From positions 3 to 64,002 of the forward strand of contig JBLINS010000003.1 of assembly GCA_047639455.1 (NCBI GenBank): DNA of 64,000 nucleotides, written 5' to 3'. Shown here piece by piece: positions 9,344 through 20,803 of the stretch. The stretch is from Candidatus Omnitrophota bacterium. GTDB taxonomy: Bacteria; Omnitrophota; Gorgyraeia; 2-02-FULL-51-18; JAGOUK01. The notes beneath the pieces were generated by a model, which saw only the letters and a program-made list of their open reading frames with translations, was not told the origin of the DNA and ran no database searches. The translations under genes were made by a program, and so were the position numbers. Every line of letters starts with the position of its first letter. Position 1 is the first letter of the stretch.

Positions 9344-10132
9344 ATGAATATAGAGAAGTTCTTTTTAATTGCTTTGTTTTTTTATGTTTTGAGCATATTG
9401 TTGGCGATTGGGTCTAAGCGTATGGAATCACGCTTGTCTTTGCCCGGGTCATCAGCCAGCTATTTTCTTTCAACCGGCGTGGTAGGGCTACTTCTCATCG
9501 TCCGATCTTTGGGTCCGGATCACGGGATATTGTCGGACTATTTTGCGGGTATGTTGTTTGCTATATTGATATTGGGAATTGTTTATTTATTGGTTGGTTT
9601 TAAGATCAAATTGCCTTTTGCTCCAGCAGCATTGTCCGCATTTAGTATTCTTTTGGGTGCGATGGCCATATTTCATTTTGATAGTACGACTGACGCGACA
9701 TTGAATGGACCTTTTTTGAAGGGGCATATTTATTTAATGTTTGCGGCAATAGCGGCCTATTCATTTTCTTGTCTCTTTGCAGTTTTGTATTTGCTTCAAG
9801 AGAACATAATTAAGAAGAAAAAAATCGGCGCCTTATTCATTAATTTACCTCCCTTAGAAGCAACTAGTCGAATGAATTTTATTGCTTTAGCTATTGGGAC
9901 TTCAGCATTATTTGCCGGTGTGCTAGGTGGTATGACCCATATTGCTAAGACAAGCGGATTAACATCAGTCCTTTGGGAGCCAGCAACTTTATTAGCTTTT
10001 GTGATGACGGCGGTTTATATCGCCTTGGTTTTTATACGCAAAGGGCCCATGGAGCGTGCACGCACAATGTCTTATACGAGTATTATTTGCTATTGTTTAA
10101 TGCTCATTGTTTTTATGGGAGCACATAGGTAA
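9344..10132 (+). CDS. cytochrome c assembly protein CcsA/HemX-like membrane protein
   Basis: Multi-TM; GHIYLMF, LYLLQE..LPPLE, WEP; adjacent to hemA. Confidence 0.75.
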   Translation: MNIEKFFLIALFFYVLSILLAIGSKRMESRLSLPGSSASYFLSTGVVGLLLIVRSLGPDHGILSDYFAGMLFAILILGIVYLLVGFKIKLPFAPAALSAFSILLGAMAIFHFDSTTDATLNGPFLKGHIYLMFAAIAAYSFSCLFAVLYLLQENIIKKKKIGALFINLPPLEATSRMNFIALAIGTSALFAGVLGGMTHIAKTSGLTSVLWEPATLLAFVMTAVYIALVFIRKGPMERARTMSYTSIICYCLMLIVFMGAHR

Positions 10133-11211
10133 TGGCTGACAAAATTTCACTAAAGTCATTTATTCTAATAGGCGTTAATCACAAAACAGCACCTGTTAGC
10201 ATTCGTGAAAAATTCTCTGTGTCAGAATCTGATTATGCATCATTCAATGCTAAATTAACTAATCATACGAAGTGTTTAGAACAGGTGGTGGTGTCTACCT
10301 GTAATCGCACGGAAGTTTATTTAATTAGTGATATAGACGAAATATCAGACAAAGTCATTAGTTTATTAGTTGAACATAGTGAATTGACCATTGATGAAGT
10401 GCGCGACCGCACCTATTATAAGACCGGCATAGACGCTATAAGGCATTTAATGGTTGTGGTCTCCGGCCTTGATTCTATGGCTTTGGGTGAGACCGAAATA
10501 TTAGGCCAAATCAAAACGGCTTATCTCAAGTCGCATGCAGACGGGTTAACAAAAAAATATTTTAATATATTGTTTCAAAAGGCTCTCAAATTGGGTAAGG
10601 ACGTGCGTACCGAGACTTCTATTGGAGTTGGTAATGTTAGCATTGCCTCGATTGGCGTCAAGCTGGCTATGAAAATTTTTAGTAAATTAGATAAGAAAAA
10701 AGTATTGCTGATTGGCTCGGGTCAGGTTGCTAGATCAGTATGCGAGGCCCTAGTGAACGCAGGTGTTAAAGATTTGATTATTGCTAATCGAAATCGCGAA
10801 AGAGCTGAGGGTCTGGTTGAGGAATTTAGTGGTCGCGCGATTTGCTTTGAGGATATGGATGCAGGTGCAGCACTTGCTGATATTGTGATATCATCTGCGG
10901 GAGCGCCTAAGCCATTTATTCATTCGAAACGTGTTGAGTTGTGGAAAGTGAATAGGTCTCAGAACCCAATTTTTATGATTGATTTGGGCTTACCGCGAAA
11001 CATAGATGAAGACGTTAATGATATGAGTGATATTTATTTATATAATTTGGATGATTTGCAACTGATTGCCAGTAAGGCAATGCAAGGCCGTAAATCCTCG
11101 ATGATGGCCTGCGAAAGTATGGTTGATAAAGCGTGTGGATTATTTGAGAATTGGATTAAAAGTGATTCTCAATATAAAGGAGGTAGAATTGAAACTCACC
11201 AATTGGATTAA
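10132..11211 (+). CDS. hemA: glutamyl-tRNA reductase (short C-terminus)
   Basis: GVNHKTAPV.IRE, STCNRTE, SGLDSMALGETEILGQ, IDLGLPRNI. Confidence 0.93.
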   Translation: MADKISLKSFILIGVNHKTAPVSIREKFSVSESDYASFNAKLTNHTKCLEQVVVSTCNRTEVYLISDIDEISDKVISLLVEHSELTIDEVRDRTYYKTGIDAIRHLMVVVSGLDSMALGETEILGQIKTAYLKSHADGLTKKYFNILFQKALKLGKDVRTETSIGVGNVSIASIGVKLAMKIFSKLDKKKVLLIGSGQVARSVCEALVNAGVKDLIIANRNRERAEGLVEEFSGRAICFEDMDAGAALADIVISSAGAPKPFIHSKRVELWKVNRSQNPIFMIDLGLPRNIDEDVNDMSDIYLYNLDDLQLIASKAMQGRKSSMMACESMVDKACGLFENWIKSDSQYKGGRIETHQLD

Positions 11212-12595
11212 AAAGACACCACTTACTTTGGGGCTGCTGACCTTGTTGTTGGGCGTGCAATTCTGGTTCTCATCCGATGCGAATGCTAGCTCTGGTCATG
11301 GCGCCGCTGCGGCGCAAACATTTTTGTGGATTGCTATTATTTTGTTGGCAGCCAAAATATCTGGATTTGTTGAACGCTTTGGTCAACCTGCTGTATTAGG
11401 TGAATTAGTCATCGGTGTTCTCATCGGAAATATGGTCTTATTAGGGTGTGATTTTTTTGAACCCATTAAACATCAGCCTATTATAGAATTCTTGTCCGAA
11501 TTAGGTGTGGTTATTCTTCTTTTTCAAATTGGTTTAGAGTCCACTTTAGGGGATATGCTTAAGGTTGGTAAAGTGTCGCTCATGGTAGCTGTTGCGGGTG
11601 TTGTGGTGCCTTTTGTAGTCGGCACCTATATGGTCGGACCACTTCTATTACCAGGCTTGGACTTCAATGCTTATTTGTTTTTTGGCGCTACGATGACGGC
11701 CACGTCTGTAGGTATTACGGCACGTGTTTTCAAAGATCTCAATGCATTAAATACACCTGAGGCGCGTATTGTATTAGGCGCGGCGGTGATTGATGATATT
11801 TTGGGCCTTATCTTATTGGCAGTCATTTCTGTGATTGTGACGACTGGAACGGCGAGCGTCGGTCTGGTGGCTGTGATTTTGGCTAAAGCCATAGGCTTCT
11901 TAATTGGCTCCTTCTTATTGGGCCACTTCTTAGCCCCAAGTATGAATACGTTATTTTCAAAAATTCACGCGGGTCGAGAAATGAAATTCACTTTGGCAAT
12001 TAGCACTTGTTTAGTATTTGCTTATGCGGCTCAATTAATTGGCTTAGCGCCTATTGTAGGTGCCTTTGCGGCTGGATTGGTTGTGACCCCCATACATTTC
12101 AAAGACTTTGATGAGCCTGAAGTGGCATCAGACCTAAAGTCGTTAACCACTAATATGTCGGTTGAGGAAAAAAAATCGGTTGAAGCCTTGATTCATAAAT
12201 ATGAACATCATCATGTTGACCATTTGATTGAGCCATTGGCGCATTTTTTGGTGCCTATATTCTTCGTATTAACCGGTATTAATGTCAAATTAGACACTTT
12301 ATTTGACCCCAAGGTATTGACTGTAGCGATTGGCTTGTCTATAGCAGCCATACTCACTAAGCTTGTGACGGGTTTCTTTGCTGGCAAAGTGAATCGCATG
12401 ATCGTGGGTTGGGGTATGGTGCCACGTGGTGAAGTTGGGCTTATATTCGCTATGATTGGTAAATCACTCGGCGTGGTTAATGACGAAGTATTCTCGGTTA
12501 TTGTGATCATGGTCATTATAACGACCCTAGTCACACCTCCGATGCTAGGCATGCTGATCAAGAAGCAAAAAAAAGCGGCTTCAAATCAAGCTTAA
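11189..12595 (+). CDS. cation:proton antiporter (CPA2 family)
   Basis: TTG start after GGAGG; GQPAVLGE, TATSVGIT, AAVIDDILG, GMVPRGEVGL. Confidence 0.88.
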   Translation: MKLTNWIKKTPLTLGLLTLLLGVQFWFSSDANASSGHGAAAAQTFLWIAIILLAAKISGFVERFGQPAVLGELVIGVLIGNMVLLGCDFFEPIKHQPIIEFLSELGVVILLFQIGLESTLGDMLKVGKVSLMVAVAGVVVPFVVGTYMVGPLLLPGLDFNAYLFFGATMTATSVGITARVFKDLNALNTPEARIVLGAAVIDDILGLILLAVISVIVTTGTASVGLVAVILAKAIGFLIGSFLLGHFLAPSMNTLFSKIHAGREMKFTLAISTCLVFAYAAQLIGLAPIVGAFAAGLVVTPIHFKDFDEPEVASDLKSLTTNMSVEEKKSVEALIHKYEHHHVDHLIEPLAHFLVPIFFVLTGINVKLDTLFDPKVLTVAIGLSIAAILTKLVTGFFAGKVNRMIVGWGMVPRGEVGLIFAMIGKSLGVVNDEVFSVIVIMVIITTLVTPPMLGMLIKKQKKAASNQA

Positions 12596-12610
12596 ATCAA
12601 TAAAAAACTT

Positions 12611-13507
12611 GTGAGTAAACAACCTCAGAAAACAATAGCCATTGTTTATGATTTTGATGGAACGCTCATGCCCGGAAATATGCAAGAGCCGACTATCTTT
12701 GAACATTATGGAATAAAGGCCAGTGAGTTTTGGGGACAGGCCGAAAAATTAGTTTTAGAGCAAGGTTATGAGCGGACTTTGGCGTATCTAAAGTTGCTTA
12801 TCGACGATGAACGCTTTTCCAAAGAGCCACTCACGCCTCAATTCCTGCGTGAATTAGCTGCAAAAAAAATCACTTATTTTGAGGGTGTGGAAGAGTATTT
12901 TGACTATTTAGAGCGCGCCATACTAGAGATCCGCGAAGTTCGTGATTTGGGTATTGTAATAGAACATTATATTGTTTCTAGCGGCATGAGCGAATTGGTA
13001 AAAGGTTGCTCCATAGCTAAGTATTTTAAGAAAATATATGCTTGCGACTTTGCTTATGAAGATGATCGCCCCGTCTTTCCCAAGCTAGTGATTAATGACA
13101 CCAATAAAACCCAATTTTTGTTCCGCATTAATAAAGGCAAATTGGATTTGGCTGAGAATATCAACTCACATATGCGCGAAGAAGACAGGCCCATCCCTTT
13201 TAGGAATATGGTATATATTGGCGACGGATTAACAGACATTCCTTCCATGACTGTTGTTCAAAAAAGTGGAGGACATGCGATTGCCGTATTCGATCCCACA
13301 AAAAAAGTGCCCCTTGAAGTTGAACAAATGGTACAGGAGAGAAGAGCTGATCACTTGGCGCCTGCTGATTATCGAAATGATAAATTATTAGTTAAGATTA
13401 TTCATAAAGCCATACGCAAAATCGTGCATGACATTGCATATCGCGCTTCATCAAAAATGTCTAAGGATTGGGTTGAAGACGTGCAACGGACTGGATCAAG
13501 TGAATAA
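12611..13507 (+). CDS. HAD-family hydrolase
   Basis: [22 protein letters not shown]. Confidence 0.8.
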   Translation: MSKQPQKTIAIVYDFDGTLMPGNMQEPTIFEHYGIKASEFWGQAEKLVLEQGYERTLAYLKLLIDDERFSKEPLTPQFLRELAAKKITYFEGVEEYFDYLERAILEIREVRDLGIVIEHYIVSSGMSELVKGCSIAKYFKKIYACDFAYEDDRPVFPKLVINDTNKTQFLFRINKGKLDLAENINSHMREEDRPIPFRNMVYIGDGLTDIPSMTVVQKSGGHAIAVFDPTKKVPLEVEQMVQERRADHLAPADYRNDKLLVKIIHKAIRKIVHDIAYRASSKMSKDWVEDVQRTGSSE

Positions 13508-15680
13508 ACTATGCAAACTCATAGCCGCGATTGCTCTGGGAGCCACATTCATGACTAATGCGCAGGCTGAACAAAAGCCAATGCACACGAATGAACTTGT
13601 GCACGAAAAAAGCCCTTATTTACTTCAACATGCCCACAATCCTGTTAATTGGTATCCTTGGGGTGCCAAAGCTTTTGAAAAAGCCAAAACCGAAAACAAA
13701 CCTATATTTTTGTCTATTGGCTATTCAACATGCCATTGGTGTCATGTCATGGAAGAGGAGTCCTTTGAAAATGAAGCTGTTGCGGCTTTATTGAACCAAA
13801 ATTTTATTTCCATTAAAGTGGATCGCGAAGAGCGCCCTGATATAGATCAAATTTATATGAGTTTTGTTATAGCAACAACGGGTAGCGGCGGCTGGCCGAT
13901 GTCTGTATTCCTCACACCTGATCGAAATCCCTTTTATGGCGGCACATACTTTCCGCCAGATGATCGTTATGGGCGACCTGGCTTCAAGTCCGTTTTGACA
14001 AAATTGTCAGAGTCCTGGAAAGAAAAACGTGAAGAAATAGAAAAATCAGGTACGAGCTTTGTTGATTACTTTAATCAACACAATGCATCTACTGATGAAG
14101 AATTGCCTGATGCAAGTTTTTTGACCAACGCTTATAGGCTTATGTCAGAAAATCATGATAAAGCCGATGGCGGCTTTGGCAGTGCACCCAAATTCCCATC
14201 GCCCCATAGCCTGATGTTCTTAATGCGTTATTTTCAAAGTACGGGTGAACAACAGGCTTTGGCCATGTCAACTTTGACTTTAGACAAAATGGCTGATGGT
14301 GGAATATATGATCGTTTAGCCGGTGGATTTCATCGTTATTCGGTAGATAAAGAATGGTTTGTGCCTCATTTTGAAAAAATGCTTTATGACCAAGCTATGT
14401 TACTAAAGGCTTACTCGGAAGCTTATAACATCACGCAAAAGCCTCTATACGCTAGTGTTATACGCGAAACAGTCGATTATTTATTGCGGGACTTATTAGC
14501 GCCTGAAGGCGCTTTTTATTCAGCTGAAGACGCAGATAGTTTTGACCCAATTGATCCCAATATAAAACGTGAAGGCGCGTTTTATGTATGGTCATGGACC
14601 GATTTGACGCAAGTTTTGAGCGATGAAGAATTAAACTTAGCTGCTTATATATGGGGTCTTGATCCTGGCGGAAACGTTCAAGAAGACCCGCATCATGAAT
14701 TCACCAATCAAAATATCCTACATCAAGTCAAGACCGAGCTAGAGGCGACGTCAAAGTTCAATAAGACTCTTGAGGAAATTAATACGAGTACAAAACAAAT
14801 CCAAAAGAAGTTATTTGCCTTACAGCAATCAAGACCACGTCCACATTTGGATGATAAGATTTTGACCGATTGGAATGGTTTATTGATTTCAGCATTAGCT
14901 AAGAGCGCTAAGGCTTTAGATGAGCCCAAATTCACGCAAGCCGCAGAGGGCGCCGCTGAATTTTTATTAAATACCATGAAACAGCCTGATGGAACGCTTT
15001 ATCATCGTTTTCGCAAGGGCGAGGCAGGGATAGCTGGGCAATTGGATGATTATGTCTTTTTAGCGGAAGGGTTAATGGATTTGTATTCAGTGACGGCTAA
15101 GGTATCTTATTTAATAGAAGCTCAAGACTTGATGGATATTGCGATTAGAGATTTTTGGGATGAGGAGACTGAAAGTTTCTTTATGACGGGCAAAGACCAA
15201 ATAGGTTATTTAATCGTGCGTCCTAAGAACTTTCATGATGGCGCAACACCCTCAGGCAATTCAAGCGCTATCACGGTATTGCTAAAATTATCCAAAATGA
15301 CCCAAAATAAACTATATGCCGAAATAGCCTCTAAATTATTAAGTACTTTCAAACCCCAATTGTCATCAGGGCCCTTATCGCATAGCCAAGCCTTAAATGG
15401 ACTCAACTTTTGGGTAGGCCCAACGTCTGAAGTGGTGATTAAAGGTGACCCTCAGTCAAATGAAACGCAGGCTCTTGTTGAGATTGTTCAAAGCACCTAT
15501 TTGCCCAATAGCATTGTCTTATTCAATTATCCTGAACAATCCCTAGAAACTTTTGCACCCTGGACACAAAAACAAACCTTAATCGATTCAAAGCCCACTG
15601 CCTATGTTTGCAAAGACTATGTCTGTGGATTACCCACCAATGAGATCAATAAACTCAAAGAACTATTAGCCACACTTTAA
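13500..15680 (+). CDS. thioredoxin-domain protein, YyaL/SSP411 family
   Basis: [44 protein letters not shown]; GTG 13500 gives a signal peptide. Confidence 0.9.
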   Translation: MNKLCKLIAAIALGATFMTNAQAEQKPMHTNELVHEKSPYLLQHAHNPVNWYPWGAKAFEKAKTENKPIFLSIGYSTCHWCHVMEEESFENEAVAALLNQNFISIKVDREERPDIDQIYMSFVIATTGSGGWPMSVFLTPDRNPFYGGTYFPPDDRYGRPGFKSVLTKLSESWKEKREEIEKSGTSFVDYFNQHNASTDEELPDASFLTNAYRLMSENHDKADGGFGSAPKFPSPHSLMFLMRYFQSTGEQQALAMSTLTLDKMADGGIYDRLAGGFHRYSVDKEWFVPHFEKMLYDQAMLLKAYSEAYNITQKPLYASVIRETVDYLLRDLLAPEGAFYSAEDADSFDPIDPNIKREGAFYVWSWTDLTQVLSDEELNLAAYIWGLDPGGNVQEDPHHEFTNQNILHQVKTELEATSKFNKTLEEINTSTKQIQKKLFALQQSRPRPHLDDKILTDWNGLLISALAKSAKALDEPKFTQAAEGAAEFLLNTMKQPDGTLYHRFRKGEAGIAGQLDDYVFLAEGLMDLYSVTAKVSYLIEAQDLMDIAIRDFWDEETESFFMTGKDQIGYLIVRPKNFHDGATPSGNSSAITVLLKLSKMTQNKLYAEIASKLLSTFKPQLSSGPLSHSQALNGLNFWVGPTSEVVIKGDPQSNETQALVEIVQSTYLPNSIVLFNYPEQSLETFAPWTQKQTLIDSKPTAYVCKDYVCGLPTNEINKLKELLATL

Positions 15681-15896
15681 CTAGCTGCACTACAAGTGTT
15701 GCGTTCAAATACGAGCGACACAAGGTATTAAAATCTATTTTTGTCTGTCTACAAGTCACAAATTCGAGAAGACCGTCATCCTGAACCACGCGTAGCAGTG
15801 GTGTGAGGATCTCACAAAAAAGTCTTAGACTAGCTTTGTAGTACTTAGTCAAATGCATTCTGGGGGATCTACAAGGGCCTCACCAACTCGGCCCGT

Positions 15897-17772
15897 GTGT
15901 GCCAAGAATACGTTGAATAAACGTAATGCTATATAAAAGATGAAGGTTTGGCCCTTCGAAGGCGATTTACAGGAATGGCCTTCAAACTACCTTATGGTGC
16001 GTTGATCTGAAAAGACAAGGTGCTTAGCAATAAGGAAAAGGCGTAACTTTGTATTACGTCAAGTATGTACCAAGGAGATGAACGAAAGTGAACCACCGTT
16101 GAAGTGTCGAAAGAGCTATTAATGTCAAAACTGAATCTCTACGGGTGGATTCAGGATAAGTCCATGAGAAAAAACTGTTTACTGCTTGGACGGCATTCGG
16201 TATGAAGGTGGCATGAACTTGGTACAGGCTTTTATATGGAACTTGGGAACTTGTCATAAGTGATGTTAAGGGAGAAGCCTCGAAAAAGAGAAGACCTCTT
16301 AGGGTGAGAGTGCCGATGCATAATGACAGGGGCGGAATAACTCGTAGTAGCGCTAGAAGCTTCTGTAATGGAAGTGGAGCGAAGGGGTTATATCGTCCGT
16401 CTCTTAAACTAAAAGGACAACTTGCAAATAATGAAGGATGAACTCGATGGTCCGAGAAAACCGTTTAGCATTCCAAAGCAATATGTTTGGATAGCTTATA
16501 AACGAGTGAAGGCTAACCAAGGTGCTTGTGGAGTAGACAAAATGTCCATAGAAGACTTAGATAGAGATCGGGAACGGAATCTATATAAGCTTTGGAATAG
16601 AATGTCTTCAGGAACTTACTTCCCTCCACCAGTCAAGCTTGTTGAAATCCCCAAGAAATCTGGAGGTATGAGACCTCTTGGAATTCCAACAGTGTTAGAC
16701 CGTATTGCCCAAATGGTAGTTAAAATGATTCTGGAGGTAAAAGTAGAACCTCACTTCCATCCAGATTCATATGCGTATAGGCCAAAGAAGTCTGCAATAC
16801 AAGCCGTTGGTCAAACAAGACGCAGATGTTGGCGTTATGCTTGGGCTATAGACTTAGATATTAAAGGCTTCTTTGACAACCTAGACCATGAACTACTATT
16901 GAAAGCAGTTAGGCATCATACCGATTCTAAATGGATATTGCTCTATATTGAAAGATGGCTCAAAGCCAAATTACAATTAAAAGACAAGTCTTTAAAGAAT
17001 CGGGATAAGGGAACACCGCAAGGAGGAGTGATTAGTCCATTATTAGCTAATCTCTACTTACATTATACAATTGACGCATGGATGGAGAGAACATATCCAG
17101 AAAATCCATTCGAACGTTATGCAGATGATATTGTGGTACATGCTAAAACGCAAGAAGAAGCCACGGCATTATTCACAGCCATTACCAAGCGGCTAAAAGA
17201 CTGTGGGCTTGAAGTAAATAAGCAAAAGACAAAGATCGTCTCTTGTGAGAATGATAAACGACAAGGAAATGACTCCATTCGAAAATTCGACTTTCAAGGG
17301 TTTGCCTTTCAACCAAGAAAGACAAGAAGTAGAAAAGGACATGACTTTATCGGCTTCAACCCAGGCATTAGTCCTAAATCCGCTACAGCAATTCGCAGAA
17401 CAATGCGTACATGGCAACTTCACAGACGTAATAGAGAATCCTTATCCATACTCGCTCATGAAATTAATCCGATCTTAAACGGATGGATTAATTATTATGG
17501 TAAGTATCGTAAGTCAGATCTTTACTCAGTTTTTGACTCACTTGATAGCACAATAATGCGTTGGGTGATGAGAAAATACAAGAGATTCCGAAATCGCAAA
17601 AGAAAGGCAAGGGCTTGGCTACGTGGGGTTAAATCACGAGATCCAAGACTCTTCGCTCACTGGCAACTCGGAAACTCTAACGGTCAATGGATGATAGGAG
17701 CCGTATGAATCGAGAGATTCACGTACGGATCTGTGGGAGCCTTGGAGGTGTGATTCCTCTAGGCCACCCGAC
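15897..17772 (+). mobile_element. group II intron, apparently full length (bacterial class D-like)
   Basis: 5' GTGTG; EBS1 ACGGGT (16141-16146) in a CTGAATC/GATTCAG stem-loop pairs with exon end GCCCGT; domain V GAGCCGTATGAATCGAGAGATTCACGTACGGATC; domain VI ending CCGAC; removing it restores a sequence also found at 22330-22383 (minus strand). Confidence 0.92.
16431..17708 (+). CDS. ltrA: group II intron reverse transcriptase/maturase without endonuclease domain
   Basis: RPLGIPTVLDR, GTPQGGVISPLLAN, RYADD, X domain NPILNGWINYY; stop overlaps domain V; exact start uncertain (16422 or 16431). Confidence 0.93.
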   Translation: MKDELDGPRKPFSIPKQYVWIAYKRVKANQGACGVDKMSIEDLDRDRERNLYKLWNRMSSGTYFPPPVKLVEIPKKSGGMRPLGIPTVLDRIAQMVVKMILEVKVEPHFHPDSYAYRPKKSAIQAVGQTRRRCWRYAWAIDLDIKGFFDNLDHELLLKAVRHHTDSKWILLYIERWLKAKLQLKDKSLKNRDKGTPQGGVISPLLANLYLHYTIDAWMERTYPENPFERYADDIVVHAKTQEEATALFTAITKRLKDCGLEVNKQKTKIVSCENDKRQGNDSIRKFDFQGFAFQPRKTRSRKGHDFIGFNPGISPKSATAIRRTMRTWQLHRRNRESLSILAHEINPILNGWINYYGKYRKSDLYSVFDSLDSTIMRWVMRKYKRFRNRKRKARAWLRGVKSRDPRLFAHWQLGNSNGQWMIGAV

Positions 17773-17873
17773 TCGTAGCATGGGCTCTTTATTCATCGCC
17801 CACGAACCGTTGCTTAATACGCGCTCCTCATGGTGACGGTGGCATCTCATCAATTACATATCTAGGATCAGGC

Positions 17874-17911
17874 AATAAAAAACCCGAGTCGTGAGACTCG
17901 GGTTTTTTATT
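17874..17911. terminator. bidirectional intrinsic terminator
   Basis: AATAAAAAACCCGAGTC-GTGA-GACTCGGGTTTTTTATT downstream of the glutamine synthetase gene. Confidence 0.9.
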
Positions 17912-17930
17912 ATCTAATTTAAGTAATGGG

Positions 17931-20138
17931 TTACTTAATGAATAACATTTCTTGATAAGTTGGAAGTGGCCACAAATCATCAGGGATGAGCTCTTCTAAT
18001 AGATCTGCGTAAGAGCGAACTTTGTCCATTAAAGGCAATACAGCTTTGCAATTATATGCAGCTTCTTCTTTAATTGATTTGAAGCCCGTTTTATCCTTAG
18101 CGTCTTCCAATTCAGCTAATGATGATTGAAGTTCATTCAATAGCTCAGTGACTTCTTCGAGTATGGCTATATTTGGCTCAATGTTTAAGTCAGTTAAGCC
18201 TTGAGCAGCATCGATGAGCTCATTCTGATAGCGCACGGTTGCAGGAATGATCATGGTCTTTGTCATGCGTTTAACCAGGTTGCACTCAACATTAAGAGTC
18301 ATCACGTATTGTTCGAGATAAATCTCAACACGACTTTGCATTTCGCGTTTAGACAATACTTTGTATTTAGCGAAGGTTGACGTGACTGCTGGTGCAAGCA
18401 TAGCAGGCAAAGCTTCAGGAGCTGTTCTGAGGTTGGGTAAGCCACGTTTTTCGGCTTCTTTATGCCAAGCTTCAGAGTATCCATCACCATTAAAGATAAT
18501 CGCACCATGTTCAGTGATGATTTCTTTAAGCAGCTTTTGGATAGCACCGTTAAGTTTCTTCGAATCACCCTTGGTGTCTTTTTCTAAGCGTGTGGCCATA
18601 TAGTCAATCGACTCAGCCATGATTGTATTCAATACAACCAATGGGCCGGATACACTCTGCTTTGAACCTACAGCGCGGAATTCAAAACGATTTCCGGTGA
18701 AGGCGAAAGGGCTGGTTCTATTACGATCACCCGCATCTCTAGGAAGAGGAGGCAAGGTGTCAACGCCAACTGTGAGAGCACCTTTGCGCTTAGATGACTT
18801 AGCACCACCTTTTTTGATTTGTTCAAAGACATCTGTCAATTGCTCGCCTAAGAATATGGAGAGTATTGCTGGTGGAGCTTCATTAGCACCTAAACGATGG
18901 TCATTAGACGCACTTGCAATCGCTGCACGTAATACAGAAGCGTATTTGTGTACAGCGCGTATAACGGCGGCACAGAATACCAGGAATTGTGCATTGTCAT
19001 GTGGGGTGTCACCTGGATCAAGTAAGTTTCCTTGCGTACTGTTTCCGACTGACCAATTGAGATGTTTGCCACTTCCATTAACGCCTTTGAAGGGTTTTTC
19101 ATGAAAGAGACAGGCCATGCCATGTTTGACAGCTACACTTTGAAGGATATACATAGTCAATTGTTGATGGTCGGTTGCAACATTACCATCTTCAAAGATA
19201 GGCGCTATTTCGTATTGACCGGGAGATACCTCATTATGTCTTGTTTTGGCAGGTATACCTAATTTATAAAGCTCACGTTCGCAGTCTTGCATGTAATCAA
19301 GCACACGCCCTGGTATGGACCCAAAATAATGGTCAGAGAATTCTTGACCCTTAGTTGAAGAAGCACCCATAACGGTTCTACCAGCTGTGATTAAGTCGGG
19401 ACGTGAATTGTAAAAATTACGATCGACTAAGAAGTATTCTTGTTCTGCACCCGCGTAAGAAACTACACGAGAAATATTGGAATGACCAAATATTTTGAGC
19501 ATGCGCTTAACTTGTTGGCTTAAGGCTTGGCCCGACCTTAAAACAGGCGTCTTTTTGTCCAAAGCTTCGCCGGTCCAAGACATAAATGCCGTTGGGATTG
19601 AAAGCGTTGCACCATTCTTGCCATCTAGTATGTAAGGGGCAGAAGTTACATCCCAAGCGGTGTATCCACGCGCTTCAAAAGTGGAACGTATGCCACCATT
19701 GGGAAAGCTAGATGCATCAGGCTCACCTTGTATAAGTGTTTTGCCAGAGAATTCTAATATAGCTCCACCATCTCCATCGGGGGCTAAAAAGCCATCATGT
19801 TTTTCGGCAGTGGAACCAGTTAAAGGATGAAAGACATGCGCATAATGTGTAGCACCTTTTTCAACAGCCCAATCACGCATGGCTGCAGCAATGATATCAG
19901 CAACGGCCCAATCTAATTGTGAGCCAGTTTCTATAGATAGCATAACTGACTTATAAACTGATTTAGGTAATCTTTGCTTCATAATACGGGGGCTAAAAAC
20001 ATTAGTCCCGAATATTTCATTAATTGGGGTGGAGACAAAATTCATAGGTTCGTTTTGGTTTCCATTATTGTTGATGGTTGATATTGCAGCAACGCGCGCT
20101 TCCTTGCCGTTCATGGTTGTGCTCCCTTGATAAGTCAT
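17931..20138 (-). CDS. glutamine synthetase type III
   Basis: 735 aa; [67 protein letters not shown]. Confidence 0.95.
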   Translation of the reverse strand: MTYQGSTTMNGKEARVAAISTINNNGNQNEPMNFVSTPINEIFGTNVFSPRIMKQRLPKSVYKSVMLSIETGSQLDWAVADIIAAAMRDWAVEKGATHYAHVFHPLTGSTAEKHDGFLAPDGDGGAILEFSGKTLIQGEPDASSFPNGGIRSTFEARGYTAWDVTSAPYILDGKNGATLSIPTAFMSWTGEALDKKTPVLRSGQALSQQVKRMLKIFGHSNISRVVSYAGAEQEYFLVDRNFYNSRPDLITAGRTVMGASSTKGQEFSDHYFGSIPGRVLDYMQDCERELYKLGIPAKTRHNEVSPGQYEIAPIFEDGNVATDHQQLTMYILQSVAVKHGMACLFHEKPFKGVNGSGKHLNWSVGNSTQGNLLDPGDTPHDNAQFLVFCAAVIRAVHKYASVLRAAIASASNDHRLGANEAPPAILSIFLGEQLTDVFEQIKKGGAKSSKRKGALTVGVDTLPPLPRDAGDRNRTSPFAFTGNRFEFRAVGSKQSVSGPLVVLNTIMAESIDYMATRLEKDTKGDSKKLNGAIQKLLKEIITEHGAIIFNGDGYSEAWHKEAEKRGLPNLRTAPEALPAMLAPAVTSTFAKYKVLSKREMQSRVEIYLEQYVMTLNVECNLVKRMTKTMIIPATVRYQNELIDAAQGLTDLNIEPNIAILEEVTELLNELQSSLAELEDAKDKTGFKSIKEEAAYNCKAVLPLMDKVRSYADLLEELIPDDLWPLPTYQEMLFIK

Positions 20139-20472
20139 ATTTAACTCCTTAAACTAAGTTGGATGATATGTTGCATTTATTTCAATAAATCATTGAATTT
20201 ATGAGTGCAATCCATTAAAAAAAGGAAAGTACTTTTATACGTTTTTACCGCCTAAATAGCAAGCCCTTTGGACCTCATTAACATCTCAATAATATACGGT
20301 TTTATATTACAGTTATGTTACCTAATAATTAACAATATTCTCAAAAAAACAGAGTTTTTCTTGACCATTTTTACCTATATGACTATAACTCTGTTTCTTA
20401 ATCAAAATTTATCAAAAACTAACACATAATAAACAGCACATGCCCCTATTTACTAAGTATTTAGCGTGATTA

Positions 20473-20527
20473 ACCGTCCAAGTAGGCATATTAAAAGAGT
20501 AGCTTTCAATATGCCTACTTAAGCGGT
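20473..20527. repeat. imperfect inverted repeat (hairpin)
   Basis: AAGTAGGCATATT...AATATGCCTACTT core with ACCG/CGGT outer pairs. Confidence 0.75.
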
Positions 20528-20568
20528 GAAAATAGGCCTAAAACTTGTATTTTTGAGCCCAGTTGAAA

Positions 20569-20620
20569 TAAATAGGGACACGTACTGTTTAATTAATTAA
20601 ACAGTACGTGTCCCTATTTA
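20569..20620. repeat. perfect 52-bp palindrome upstream of the giant gene
   Basis: TAAATAGGGACACGTACTGTTTAATT|AATTAAACAGTACGTGTCCCTATTTA. Confidence 0.95.
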
Positions 20621-20731
20621 ATTAGAGTTGAATGGGATTTGTTGGGTTTTGGGTGGTTTTGCTTAGGTGGTTTTGTTGGAAGTGGGCCTTTTAAAACTGA
20701 ATGCTTATGGGGGCAAAAATAGGCTAGAAAC

Positions 20732-20760
20732 TTGAATTTTGGGGGTCTGTTGGGCATACT
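20732..20760 (+). promoter_or_regulatory. putative promoter of the giant gene, TTGAAT-17-CATACT
   Basis: Spacing, position 44 nt before ATG, and match to the 1795-1823 motif. Confidence 0.5.
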
Positions 20761-20803
20761 TTAGCTATGTGTTTATAGTAGTTTATATAAGAATTATATA
20801 TAT

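Larger units (their letters stand above)
15772..17840. repeat. REP-like element interrupted by the group II intron
   Basis: ACCGTCATCCTGA left end at 15772 and TCATGGTGACGGT right end at 17840 enclose the intron. Confidence 0.7.

Noticed and set aside
16431-17708. Retron, DGR or defence reverse transcriptase
   Set aside because: It is enclosed by recognisable group II intron RNA domains (EBS1, DV, DVI) and has a maturase X domain.
18302-19262. Antisense or alternate-frame ORFs inside glutamine synthetase and other long genes
   Set aside because: Shadow ORFs of well-supported coding regions, with no motifs of their own.
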